This document shows, in pieces, positions 19,881 through 29,086 of a stretch of DNA of 64,000 bases. The stretch's first letter is position 1, and every line of letters begins with the position of its first letter. The stretch is taken from contig JAKMFX010000040.1 in NCBI GenBank assembly GCA_022425195.1, forward strand, positions 136,029 through 200,028. The letters are read 5' to 3'. The notes beneath the pieces are model-generated. The model did no database searches and was not told the origin of the DNA. It was given only the letters and a program-made list of their open reading frames with translations. Origin of the DNA: Flavobacteriales bacterium. GTDB lineage: Bacteria; Bacteroidota; Bacteroidia; Flavobacteriales; UBA7430. The position numbers and the translations under genes are program-made.

Positions 19881-20852
19881 TTATTGCAACCGCTTTTTCA
19901 ATTCCTTGATTTCTTCTTTTAAATCGACCGCTTTATTTAAATCGACTGCCATTTCTAATGTTTTTTTAAGAAAGCGTTGATGCGAATCCGAGGACTCTCG
20001 AAATGCGCGGTGATTGATGGACGAAAATAATTGATCCAAATCGCGATTTAGCTTTAATGTATCCTCGGTCAATAAAAAATCAGAGAATTTATCCCATACG
20101 TATGATCTGGCCTCTTCGTTGGGATGCACTCGATCTTTTTCATAAAAACGATAGTCTCGTAACTCATCCAAAACAATTTCGTAGGCTGGAAAATAATATA
20201 CGTCATCATAGCGATTTTGAATGGCTTCACAGGCCAAAAGCAAAGAAGACTTAGATAGATTATTCTCATGCACTCCATCTCGAATGTGACGAACGGGGCT
20301 GACCGTAATTAGAGTTTGTATTTTCGGATGCTGTTTTTTCAATTCTTTATAAAAGGTCTCGAAAACCTCTTGAATCTCCTCTGGGGAAGAAAGCTCTTTT
20401 GTGAAAGAACTCTTGGGCTGTTTGTGGCAATTCGCTACAGCGCTACCCGAGGCCATTCTATAGAGAAAAGCGGAGCCAAAAGTCAGGATCAAAACTTTTG
20501 ATCCTCTCAGATCATCAGCCACCGAATTCTGCACATCTTGTAGTTTCTTTTTTAGGGCAATCGAAGATTCCGCCCAGAGAGAAGAGTGATAAGAATAGTG
20601 AAATGTCGCCTCATCTCTTTTCAAGAAAAAACCCTCGTCTACATCAGAACCTTGCAACGCATCTGTTAGATTTTGTAATAAGGGAATGGGATGAAACAAA
20701 GTGCCATAGGGATTGCTGACACAAGAAAACTTGTAATGAAGTAACCTTTCGGCCATGTGCTGCGCAAAACAAGAACCCACAGAAAATAACTTATCGCGAT
20801 GCGATAGCTTGAATGAAGATTCTGGAATCGGAACTTGTAGCTGCCAGTTCAT
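19881..20852 (-). CDS. GSCFA domain-containing protein
   Basis: It contains the literal GSCFA motif (FSVGSCFAQHM). The internal ATG at 20850-20852 is preferred because it removes the 20-nt overlap with the upstream gene. The ORF maximum extends to 20873. Confidence 0.8.
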   Translation of the reverse strand: MNWQLQVPIPESSFKLSHRDKLFSVGSCFAQHMAERLLHYKFSCVSNPYGTLFHPIPLLQNLTDALQGSDVDEGFFLKRDEATFHYSYHSSLWAESSIALKKKLQDVQNSVADDLRGSKVLILTFGSAFLYRMASGSAVANCHKQPKSSFTKELSSPEEIQEVFETFYKELKKQHPKIQTLITVSPVRHIRDGVHENNLSKSSLLLACEAIQNRYDDVYYFPAYEIVLDELRDYRFYEKDRVHPNEEARSYVWDKFSDFLLTEDTLKLNRDLDQLFSSINHRAFRESSDSHQRFLKKTLEMAVDLNKAVDLKEEIKELKKRLQ

Positions 20853-20853
20853 G

Positions 20854-21192
20854 TTACAGTAATTCGAGTGCATTTTCCGGTGGACGTCCTAACACCGCCT
20901 TTTGCCCCTTAACCACAATAGGACGCTCTATTAATTTTGGATGCGCAATCATCGCTTTGATGAGCTCATCATCCGACAACTCTTTTCCTTTGAAATTTTC
21001 TTTCCAAATGGCTTCTCCCTTTCGAATCAGTTGCAAAGGGCTTATTCCAAGCTTTGTCAATAATGATTGTAACTCATCGTGGCTAGGTATTGCACTGAGG
21101 TATAAAATAACTTCAGGTTCAACACCATGATCTTGCAATAAAGCTAAAGTTTGACGACTCTTAGCGCATCTTGGATTGTGGTATATTTTCAT
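20854..21192 (-). CDS. ArsC/Spx/YffB-family (glutaredoxin-fold) protein
   Basis: The N-terminus MKIYHNPRCAKSRQTL and the 112-aa length fit the ArsC-family fold. Confidence 0.8.
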   Translation of the reverse strand: MKIYHNPRCAKSRQTLALLQDHGVEPEVILYLSAIPSHDELQSLLTKLGISPLQLIRKGEAIWKENFKGKELSDDELIKAMIAHPKLIERPIVVKGQKAVLGRPPENALELL

Positions 21193-21233
21193 TCTCTCTT
21201 GATGTTTTTTTGTGGTTTGTTTTATGTACGAAC

Positions 21234-22325
21234 CTATTCTTTCTGACCTTCTTGCATCAAATAGGCCTTAATAAAGGCATTTAAATCTCCATCCATAACA
21301 GCTTGTACGTTTGAGCTCTCATGACTGGTTCTCAAGTCTTTCACCAACTTGTAGGGATGCATCACATAATTTCTAATTTGTGAGCCAAAGTCAATCGCCT
21401 TCTTAGAGCCTTCTAACTTATCTTTTTCAACCTGCCGCTTTCGAAGCTCTAACTCATAAAGTTGCGATTTTAAGAGCTGCATGGCTTTGGCCTTGTTCTC
21501 TAACTGGGATCGCGTTTCAGAGTTTTCAATCATGATCCCCGTCTCATGATGGCGTAGTCGAACCGCCGTTTCCAATTTGTTCACTCCCTGACCTCCGGCA
21601 CCACCGGCTCGCATGGTTTCCCAGGTAATATCAGAACTGGCAATTTCTATCTCTATGCTATCATCAACCAAAGGATAGGTAAATACAGAGGCAAAAGAGG
21701 TATGTCGTTTATTTGCAGAATCAAATGGCGATAGTCTCACCAAGCGATGTACTCCATTTTCTCCCTTTAAATTCCCATAGGCAAAATCCCCATCAAACTG
21801 AAGAGTACAAGATTTTATTCCCGCAGTCTCTGCTTCGTGAATATCCAGTTCACGGACTTTCATTCCATTCTTTTCACCCCACATAATATACATGCGCATG
21901 AGCATATATGCCCAATCCTGACTCTCTGTTCCTCCGGCTCCTGAATTGAGGGTCAAGACCGCTGACATATTATCCTCTTCTTTGGACAACATATTCTTAA
22001 ACTCGAGCTCCTCAATGGCTTTTAGGGTCATTTCATTCTGAGTAATTACCTCTTCTTCTGAGGCTTCTCCCTCTTTGTGAAACTCAAAAATAACATCCAG
22101 ATCCGCAATAGATGATTCCACAACTTGATAGGCATCCACCCATATTTTCTTAGATCTAATATTTTTTAAAATGGTTTCTGCTGCCTTGGGATCCTCCCAA
22201 AAATTGGGGTCGTGTGTTAATCCCTCCTCATCTTCGATGAGCATTTGCTTTTTCTCAATATCTAAATAGCCATAGAGTGCATGCAAACGTTCTTTGTAGG
22301 CCTTTATTTGATCCGTATTAATCAT
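21234..22325 (-). CDS. prfB: Peptide chain release factor 2 (uninterrupted ORF, no frameshift site)
   Basis: The SPF tripeptide (RLSPFD) and GGQ (GAGGQGVNK) are present. The ...LYGYLDIEKK region is read contiguously. Confidence 0.95.
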   Translation of the reverse strand: MINTDQIKAYKERLHALYGYLDIEKKQMLIEDEEGLTHDPNFWEDPKAAETILKNIRSKKIWVDAYQVVESSIADLDVIFEFHKEGEASEEEVITQNEMTLKAIEELEFKNMLSKEEDNMSAVLTLNSGAGGTESQDWAYMLMRMYIMWGEKNGMKVRELDIHEAETAGIKSCTLQFDGDFAYGNLKGENGVHRLVRLSPFDSANKRHTSFASVFTYPLVDDSIEIEIASSDITWETMRAGGAGGQGVNKLETAVRLRHHETGIMIENSETRSQLENKAKAMQLLKSQLYELELRKRQVEKDKLEGSKKAIDFGSQIRNYVMHPYKLVKDLRTSHESSNVQAVMDGDLNAFIKAYLMQEGQKE

Positions 22326-22438
22326 AAAACAAATATAGTTGAATTCACAAGATAGAAAACAGATTCAATCGTCAAGTGTTTCTATAAGATGAAAAGAAGG
22401 TGTGTGACTTAATGAGCGACAGAATACATGAGAAAAAC

Positions 22439-22918
22439 TCATTCCATTTCAGCCAAAGCATCTAATATCAATACATGCTCATAACCCCTAGAAAGAAGAT
22501 AACGGGTTAATTTTAACTTTCGTTGATAAGGGTTCTTCTCTTTTAAGGTTTTATTTTTACTTTCGAGAACTGTTCGTAAAGCTTCAAGGTAAGCTGTATC
22601 ATCAATTTCTTCCATCGCCAGAGCAATGCACTTGGCATAGATACCTTTGCGCTTGAGCGCGATGCTTATCTTTATTTTGCCCCATCTTTTTATTCGAAAT
22701 TTACCCCGAGCAAAGCTTCTTGCGAAACGCTCTTCATTCAAAAAATTCAATTGCATCAACTCTCCCACCAAAAGATCGATAGCTTCAGGGATCAAGCCCC
22801 ATGAGCTAAGCTTTCTTGAAACCTCCTGATGACATCGCTCTTGATAGGCACAGTAGGCTTGGATTTTTTGACGTGCTATTTCTAAATCGTAAACTTTCAA
22901 ATCTATCTCGGATACCAA
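22439..22918 (-). CDS. recX: Regulatory protein RecX
   Basis: The 159-aa product has a helical-repeat pattern (YCAYQERCHQEV...LNEERFARSFARGK). The TTG start lies within the T-tract of the upstream hairpin. Confidence 0.75.
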   Translation of the reverse strand: MVSEIDLKVYDLEIARQKIQAYCAYQERCHQEVSRKLSSWGLIPEAIDLLVGELMQLNFLNEERFARSFARGKFRIKRWGKIKISIALKRKGIYAKCIALAMEEIDDTAYLEALRTVLESKNKTLKEKNPYQRKLKLTRYLLSRGYEHVLILDALAEME

Positions 22919-22922
22919 AAGT

Positions 22923-22952
22923 AAAAAAAGCTACCCATATGGGTAGCTTTTT
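22923..22952. terminator. Hairpin terminator between the RNase E/G-family gene and recX
   Basis: The palindrome aaaaaaagctaccc-atat-gggtagcttttt is perfect and has flanking A and T runs. Confidence 0.7.
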
Positions 22953-22954
22953 AC

Positions 22955-24502
22955 TTAAAGTGATAATTCTTCATCATTCTTGTCAAACATAGCGTATTGC
23001 AATAAGTGATACGCATAGATAGGTCTTATTTTAACCCATTTTTTATATTTGAAAAACCACTTCATTCGTAGTGAAAACAGCCCCTTACTTAAATAAGCAG
23101 CTATGAATGGATGGGTACAAATGGTGACACTTTTTTGTTTGTCAACAGCAAGTGCATGATTCAGTTTATCTTCAATTTCATCGACAATCAAAACGGTAGC
23201 TTCTACTTCTCCCTTACCATGACAGGCCGGGCAACTTTCCACCGTTTTAATATTCATTTCAGGGCGAACGCGTTGTCGAGTAATCTCGATAAGGCCGAAG
23301 CGACTTGGCGGAAGAATCTTGTGCTTGGCACGATCTTCTTTCATGAATCCCTTTAGCGCCTCAAACAGCTTTTTTCTGTTTTCAGCCTTTTGCATATCGA
23401 TGAAGTCAACAACAACAATCCCTCCCATATCTCGGAGTCTCAGTTGTCGGGCAACCTCTTCTGCCGAGGCTAAATTAACTTCAAGGGCATTGGCTTCTTG
23501 ACTCTCTACGTTGTTCGTCCGATTACCGGAGTTTACATCAATAACGTGTAAAGCTTCGGTATGTTCAATAATTAGGTAGGCGCCTTTTCTCATCGATACA
23601 GAACGGCCAAAAGAAGATTTGATTTGGCGCTCTATATTAAAATGTTCAAAGATCGGCTTAGTACCTTTGTGTAGCTTTAGTATGTTCTCCTTGTCGGGAG
23701 CAATAGTTTGCAGATAACGAGAAATTTCATCGTACAGATCTTGGCTGTCTACTGAAATACTGTTGAAGCTATCATTAAGTATATCTCGGAGTATGGCAGA
23801 AACTCTACCTAACTCTCCTAATATTTTTTGCGGGGCTTTTGCCTTTTGAAGTTTTTTGTGGATTGTTTTCCACTTCTTCAACATGTTGGTAAGATCGGAA
23901 TCTAATTCAGCCACTTTTTTACCTTGGGCTACAGTGCGAATAATCACACCAAAACCTTTGGGTTTAATGCTCTGAATGAGACGTTTCAATCGTTCCTTTT
24001 CAGCGGGATCTTTTATCTTCTGAGATACAGATACTCGGTCTGAAAAAGGGACCAATACCAAAAACCTTCCTGCAATTGATAGCTCCGAGCTAATTCTCGG
24101 TCCTTTGGTTGAAATCGGTTCTTTTGTTACTTGAACCAGCACATTTTGTTTGCTGGTAAGAACAGAATCTACGACTCCTCCTTTTGTGATATCCTTTTCT
24201 AAAGCAAAATCCGTCAGTGACCATTTATTTTGGCGACCAGACATGGTCTTTCGAACAAATTTATTCAAAGAACGGATTTGCGGTCCTAAGTCATGATAGT
24301 GCAAGAAGCCGTCTTTTTCGTAACCCACGTCGACAAATGACGCGTTGAGTCCGGGGACAACTTTCCTTGCTTTACCTAGATAGATATCACCTACTGCAAA
24401 ACTGTTATCACTCTTTTCATTGTGGAGTTCAACTAGCTTTCCATCCTTGAGTAGTGCAATTACAACTCCTTGATCGAAAGACTTAACAATTAACTCATTC
24501 AC
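22955..24502 (-). CDS. rng: Rne/Rng-family ribonuclease (RNase G-like)
   Basis: It has an N-terminal S1 domain and a catalytic core (HVIDVNSG, DFIDM). The 515-aa size is typical of RNase G. Confidence 0.9.
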   Translation of the reverse strand: MNELIVKSFDQGVVIALLKDGKLVELHNEKSDNSFAVGDIYLGKARKVVPGLNASFVDVGYEKDGFLHYHDLGPQIRSLNKFVRKTMSGRQNKWSLTDFALEKDITKGGVVDSVLTSKQNVLVQVTKEPISTKGPRISSELSIAGRFLVLVPFSDRVSVSQKIKDPAEKERLKRLIQSIKPKGFGVIIRTVAQGKKVAELDSDLTNMLKKWKTIHKKLQKAKAPQKILGELGRVSAILRDILNDSFNSISVDSQDLYDEISRYLQTIAPDKENILKLHKGTKPIFEHFNIERQIKSSFGRSVSMRKGAYLIIEHTEALHVIDVNSGNRTNNVESQEANALEVNLASAEEVARQLRLRDMGGIVVVDFIDMQKAENRKKLFEALKGFMKEDRAKHKILPPSRFGLIEITRQRVRPEMNIKTVESCPACHGKGEVEATVLIVDEIEDKLNHALAVDKQKSVTICTHPFIAAYLSKGLFSLRMKWFFKYKKWVKIRPIYAYHLLQYAMFDKNDEELSL

Positions 24503-24543
24503 TAAATAAAAATTGTTTTAAGTAGGGTTAGACACAAAGCATG

Positions 24544-24567
24544 AAAAGCACCCATGTATGGGTGCTT
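24544..24567 (-). terminator. Intrinsic terminator after the small basic-protein gene
   Basis: The minus-strand sequence is AAGCACCCA-TACA-TGGGTGCTT followed by TTT. Confidence 0.55.
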
Positions 24568-24590
24568 GCCTTGTGATCAATCAGAAAAAA

Positions 24591-24683
24591 TTATTTCTTC
24601 TTCTTGTGACGGTTTTTTCTCAAGCGTTTTTTGCGCTTGTGCGTAGACATTTTATGTCTTTTTCTTTTCTTTCCACTTGGCAT
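24591..24683 (-). CDS. 30-aa highly basic protein, bS22-like (AURKAIP1/COX24-type) ribosomal protein candidate
   Basis: It runs ATG to TAA and translates to MPSGKKRKRHKMSTHKRKKRLRKNRHKKKK. It is too short for the ORF track and has its own downstream hairpin. Confidence 0.6.
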   Translation of the reverse strand: MPSGKKRKRHKMSTHKRKKRLRKNRHKKKK

Positions 24684-24708
24684 AGTGTAGTCGTTTAATA
24701 CGTTAATA

Positions 24709-25176
24709 CTATTTTAATTTCTCTAACATCGTTACAGCTCTTGCTTGCAAGTCTCCTTCTGATTTGCTAACCAGTGTAGACAGTGCATTACGTGCTTGCG
24801 TCGTGTCTTTTAATGCTGCATAACTCAGGGCTAACTGCATGTGAGCCTCAAGTCGGTCGTCGTCCAGTTGAACGACTTTTTCAAAGCGATTCGCCGCTTT
24901 TGAATATTGTCCTGATTGCATGGAAAACAAACCCATGTTCCATTGCAAATCTGCATTTTGCGGATATTGATCCGCCAGTGCTTTCATTTGCAAAACCCCT
25001 TGCATCTGGGCTTCGGGACTATCGCTATTTTTTATGTTTGACAAAGCCTCTTGTATCTGCTCGGTTAGGTTCGCCTGAGCATTTTTCATAGCAGGGCTTG
25101 GCTTTACTGAGCTTGTATAAATATACAAAACTAAAGCGAGTCCAATGACAACGGCTACGAAGGGGCTTCTTTTCAT
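24709..25176 (-). CDS. Tetratricopeptide-repeat protein with N-terminal membrane anchor
   Basis: An N-terminal TM helix is followed by TPR-like A/L/Y periodicity. Confidence 0.65.
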   Translation of the reverse strand: MKRSPFVAVVIGLALVLYIYTSSVKPSPAMKNAQANLTEQIQEALSNIKNSDSPEAQMQGVLQMKALADQYPQNADLQWNMGLFSMQSGQYSKAANRFEKVVQLDDDRLEAHMQLALSYAALKDTTQARNALSTLVSKSEGDLQARAVTMLEKLK

Positions 25177-25183
25177 AAAATTC

Positions 25184-25474
25184 TTACTTTACGCTTACGT
25201 TCGATTTAACACCGTCCATAAATACTTTAGCAGGCTTGAAAGATGGAATGTTGTGAGCAGGAATAATGATGGTGGTATTTTTTGAAATATTTCTTCCTGT
25301 TTTTTCCGCTCTCTCCTTGATGATGAAAGACCCAAATCCTCTCAGGTAAACATTCTCTCCAGACTCTAAAGACGATTTCACCTCTTCCATAAAAGCTTCT
25401 ACGGTGGTTTGAACATCAACCTTCTCTAAACCTGTCTTCTCCGCAATCTCAGCTACGATATCTGCCTTAGTCAT
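25184..25474 (-). CDS. HU-family DNA-binding protein
   Basis: The 96-aa product shows MTKADIV...GFGSF...R.ARTGRNP-like arm pattern (RAEKTGRNISKNTTIIIPAHNIPSFKPAK). Confidence 0.9.
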   Translation of the reverse strand: MTKADIVAEIAEKTGLEKVDVQTTVEAFMEEVKSSLESGENVYLRGFGSFIIKERAEKTGRNISKNTTIIIPAHNIPSFKPAKVFMDGVKSNVSVK

Positions 25475-25618
25475 ATTCTTTTTTTCTTTTTGAATCGCTG
25501 TTTATAAATGATTTCCCATTAAATTTGGGGTTGCAAATATACGCTTTTTCACTTCAATCAAAAAAGAACTCAAAGTTTATTTTATAAGCTTAAGCAACTC
25601 ATTAACAAATTATTAAAC

Positions 25619-26680
25619 ATGGACATCTCAAGTCAGCTACTTCAATGGTATCGGAGCAATCGTCGGGATTTCCCATGGAGAACAACCAAAAACCCTTACA
25701 AGATATGGTTGTCTGAAATCATATTACAACAAACTCGCACCTCACAGGGTTTGGATTATTACTTAAAATTCACAGATACATTCCCGAAAATTGAACATTT
25801 AGCCTCAGCAAAAGAAACCCGCGTTTTAAAGTTATGGCAGGGTCTAGGCTACTATTCAAGAGCGCGGAATTTACACGCCACAGCCCAATATGTTCAAGAT
25901 GAATTACAGGGCATATTCCCAAAATCTTACGAAGACCTCATTAAGCTAAAAGGCATCGGACCCTACACAGCGGCAGCCATCAGCTCCATCTGCTTCAAGG
26001 AAGTAAAAGCAGCGGTTGATGGAAATGTCTATCGGGTATTGTCTAGAATCTTTGATATTGATACCGCAATCAATAGTACAGAGGGCATTAAGATCTTTCA
26101 AAAGCTTGCGGATGAACTTATCTGTAAAAAAGAACCCGGAGATTACAACCAAGCGCTCATGGATTTGGGCGCCACCACGTGCAAGCCCAAAAATCCGCTG
26201 TGTGATGTCTGCCCATTGCAATCAAAATGCCTCGCCAAAAAACTAAGAATCGTCGAACAAAGGCCGGTAAAGACAAAAAAGCATAAAGTAAAAAATCGAT
26301 TTTTGAACTATTATTGTGTGGAGCATCATGCACAGTTTTACATGAAGAAAAGAACGGAAAATGACATCTGGAAAAACCTGTATGACTTCCCTTTGTCGGA
26401 GGCGGATTGTGCCAAAGAAGATTTCAATCAAGTAGAATTAAAGGCCCTTGAAAAAATCATCGGAGAAAACACATTTACCCTTGAAAAAGCCAGGCGTTAT
26501 CAACATAAATTAACCCACCAAAAATTACACATCAATGTTTACCATCTAAAATCTAAAAATGAGATTAAAAAAGGCCATTTCATCAAGGTAAATCCGCGTG
26601 AGGCTATGGAATTTCCGGTCCCAAAACCCATAGAGAAATTTTTCAAAGAACTGTTCAATGGGCTTGACTTCGAAAGATAA
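25619..26680 (+). CDS. mutY: A/G-specific adenine DNA glycosylase
   Basis: It has HhH-GPD (GIGPYTAAAI), a 4Fe-4S cluster loop (CKPKNPLCDVCPLQSKC) and a C-terminal NUDIX-like domain. Confidence 0.93.
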   Translation: MDISSQLLQWYRSNRRDFPWRTTKNPYKIWLSEIILQQTRTSQGLDYYLKFTDTFPKIEHLASAKETRVLKLWQGLGYYSRARNLHATAQYVQDELQGIFPKSYEDLIKLKGIGPYTAAAISSICFKEVKAAVDGNVYRVLSRIFDIDTAINSTEGIKIFQKLADELICKKEPGDYNQALMDLGATTCKPKNPLCDVCPLQSKCLAKKLRIVEQRPVKTKKHKVKNRFLNYYCVEHHAQFYMKKRTENDIWKNLYDFPLSEADCAKEDFNQVELKALEKIIGENTFTLEKARRYQHKLTHQKLHINVYHLKSKNEIKKGHFIKVNPREAMEFPVPKPIEKFFKELFNGLDFER

Positions 26681-26737
26681 TTTCATTAAGTTTGATTAAT
26701 CCAATATACATATCTATTAACTTAAATTAATACTATT

Positions 26738-27181
26738 ATGGCAGCCTCATTAAATAAGGTGATCTTAATCGGCAATCTGGGGAAAAACCCAGAGACCAGA
26801 ACCCTAGAAAGCGGCGTCGTGATGTGTCGGTTTTCTATTGCAACTTCGGAGACGTACAGAAATCGTCAAAGTGGAGAAAAAACAAGTCATACGGAATGGC
26901 ATAACATTGTCCTTTGGAGGAATTTGGCCGAAGTCGCTGACAAATACCTTCACAAGGGTGATAAAGTATTAATTGAAGGACGAATCAGATCGCGCTCATG
27001 GGAGGATAAAGAAAGTGGACAAATGCGATATACCACTGAAATACTTGCAGATCAGATGCAAATGATGGGCTCTGTGAAAAAAGCGTCCGACACAGAGAGT
27101 CCAAACGTTTTGGAAGAGCCCAATGCGCGATCCTTCGTTCAAGAATCCCCCATTCAATTGGAAGAAGACCTTCCTTTTTAA
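26738..27181 (+). CDS. ssb: Single-stranded DNA-binding protein
   Basis: The OB fold (NKVILIGNLGKNPE...TEWHNIV) and the acidic tail ending in DLPF are present. Confidence 0.95.
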   Translation: MAASLNKVILIGNLGKNPETRTLESGVVMCRFSIATSETYRNRQSGEKTSHTEWHNIVLWRNLAEVADKYLHKGDKVLIEGRIRSRSWEDKESGQMRYTTEILADQMQMMGSVKKASDTESPNVLEEPNARSFVQESPIQLEEDLPF

Positions 27182-27200
27182 TCTACCTAAACCCTAAGCT

Positions 27201-28535
27201 TTGAGCCCCGAACCCCCACTAATACTGAACACATTGCCCTTTATAAACCCTGTTGAGTCGAGTACAATATTTTCCCTCATCGTGCTTTTGATTCTGTTGG
27301 CTACATCCGCTTTGATTTCAGGTGCTGAGGTCGCATTTTTTGCATTAAAACCTCATGAGCTTGAAAAAATAAAAACCCAGAAATCAAAAAAAGCAAAGCT
27401 TATCGATGGATTCCTATCCAAACCAAAAGAATTACTGGCTACCATTCTCATCACCAACAACTTTGTCAATGTCGGGATCATTATTCTTGCCACCTATATT
27501 TCAGGGTCATTAATCGATTTTCAAGGTAATGAATGGTTGCAATTTATAATTCAGGTCATCATTATAACCTTCTTGCTCTTACTTTTTGGCGAAGTACTCC
27601 CAAAGGTTTACGCCAATAACAATGCGGTTCGATTTGTTGGATTTATCGTACACCCGTTGTCCATATTTGACAAGGTTTTCAAACCCTTGAGTCAAATCCT
27701 AGTCGTGAGCTCCAGAATTATTGACCGAAAGCTACAAGGAAAAAGCCATAAACTCTCTGTGGATGATCTTTCCAATGCGCTGGAGCTTACCAGTGACGAA
27801 AACGAGGATAAAAACGAAAAAAAGATCTTGGAAGGCATTGTGAAATTCGGAAATACCGACGTGAAACAAATCATGCGTTCTCGAATTGACGTTACGGCAT
27901 TGGATCAAAAAAGCAGCTTCCAACAAGTCCTAAAAACCATTCGAAATACCGGATATTCCAGAATCCCCATTTATGAAAATTCCTTTGATAAAATTCAAGG
28001 AATACTGTACATCAAAGATCTTCTACCCTACCTAAACAAATCCGAAATACTGAACTGGAACGAACTGATTAGGGAGGTGTTCTTTGTTCCCGAAAACAAA
28101 AAAATTGACGACCTCCTCAAGGAGTTTCAGGAGAAAAAAATTCACCTTGCCATTGTCGTCGACGAGTACGGAGGAACCTCGGGAATTGTCACGCTCGAAG
28201 ACATTATCGAGGAAATTGTCGGAGACATCAGCGATGAGTTTGATGATGACAATATCATTTACTCCAAACTGGATGAACACAATTATGTGTTTGAAGGTAA
28301 AACCGCACTCAACGATTTTTATAGAATCCTATCTATTGACGGTGAACGTTTCGAAAATGCAAAAGGAGAGTCCGACAGTCTTGCAGGATTTATTTTAGAG
28401 CTCACCAGAACCATGCCTAAAAAAGATGAAAAAATAAGCTTTGACAATTATACCTTCACCATAGAAGGGGTCAACAAAAGAAGAGTTACCCGAATTAAAG
28501 TTTCCGTTGAAGGTAAGGAAAAACAAAAACCATGA
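27201..28535 (+). CDS. gldE: Gliding motility-associated protein GldE (CNNM/CorC-type, CBS pair)
   Basis: It has a DUF21 membrane domain, a CBS pair and a CorC_HlyC C-terminus. The ssb-gldE-gldD synteny is as in Flavobacterium. The start is TTG. Confidence 0.82.
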   Translation: MSPEPPLILNTLPFINPVESSTIFSLIVLLILLATSALISGAEVAFFALKPHELEKIKTQKSKKAKLIDGFLSKPKELLATILITNNFVNVGIIILATYISGSLIDFQGNEWLQFIIQVIIITFLLLLFGEVLPKVYANNNAVRFVGFIVHPLSIFDKVFKPLSQILVVSSRIIDRKLQGKSHKLSVDDLSNALELTSDENEDKNEKKILEGIVKFGNTDVKQIMRSRIDVTALDQKSSFQQVLKTIRNTGYSRIPIYENSFDKIQGILYIKDLLPYLNKSEILNWNELIREVFFVPENKKIDDLLKEFQEKKIHLAIVVDEYGGTSGIVTLEDIIEEIVGDISDEFDDDNIIYSKLDEHNYVFEGKTALNDFYRILSIDGERFENAKGESDSLAGFILELTRTMPKKDEKISFDNYTFTIEGVNKRRVTRIKVSVEGKEKQKP

Positions 28536-29086
28536 AATTCAAGTTCTCATTCATCGTTTTCATGACTTTATTGGCGTCGTGTACTGAAAACTACAGCCCT
28601 AAACCTCTGGGCCATCACAGGATTGATTTCTCAGAGAAAGAATACCAACTTTTTGACAGCAAGTGTTCGTATCAATTTTTAAGGCCAAAAAATGCTGTGG
28701 TCATTGAAGGCAATCAGCAGTGCTGGTATTTGATCAACTACCCTACTCACAATGCAAGCCTCTATTTAACCTACAAAAAACTGAATTCTGATCTGGCAAA
28801 CATCATTGAGGAAAGTCATAAGTTAGCTTACGACCACGCGATTCGGTCCGACGGAATTATTGAAAAGGTATACGCCAATGAAGCGCAAAAAGTTTTTGGT
28901 GTTCTCTATGACATTCATGGAAACAGTGCCTCCAACTTACAATTCTTTTTGACCGACAGCACCAACCACTTTCTAAGGGGAGCGCTCTACTTCAACGAGA
29001 CTCCAAATGCGGACTCATTACTGCCGGTGAAAGAATATATCAAAGAAGACTTCATCACCCTGATGGAGAGCCTTACCTGGTCTTGA
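28532..29086 (+). CDS. gldD: Gliding motility lipoprotein GldD
   Basis: It has a lipoprotein signal (LLASCT) followed by PKPLGHHRIDFSEKEY. It overlaps gldE by 4 nt. Confidence 0.8.
   Translation: MKFKFSFIVFMTLLASCTENYSPKPLGHHRIDFSEKEYQLFDSKCSYQFLRPKNAVVIEGNQQCWYLINYPTHNASLYLTYKKLNSDLANIIEESHKLAYDHAIRSDGIIEKVYANEAQKVFGVLYDIHGNSASNLQFFLTDSTNHFLRGALYFNETPNADSLLPVKEYIKEDFITLMESLTWS

Noticed and set aside
22254-22275. The programmed +1 frameshift site expected in many bacterial prfB genes.
   Set aside because: The region reads TAT GGC TAT TTA GAT ATT (YGYLDI) with no in-frame stop, and the 363-aa ORF is uninterrupted. This prfB has no frameshift.
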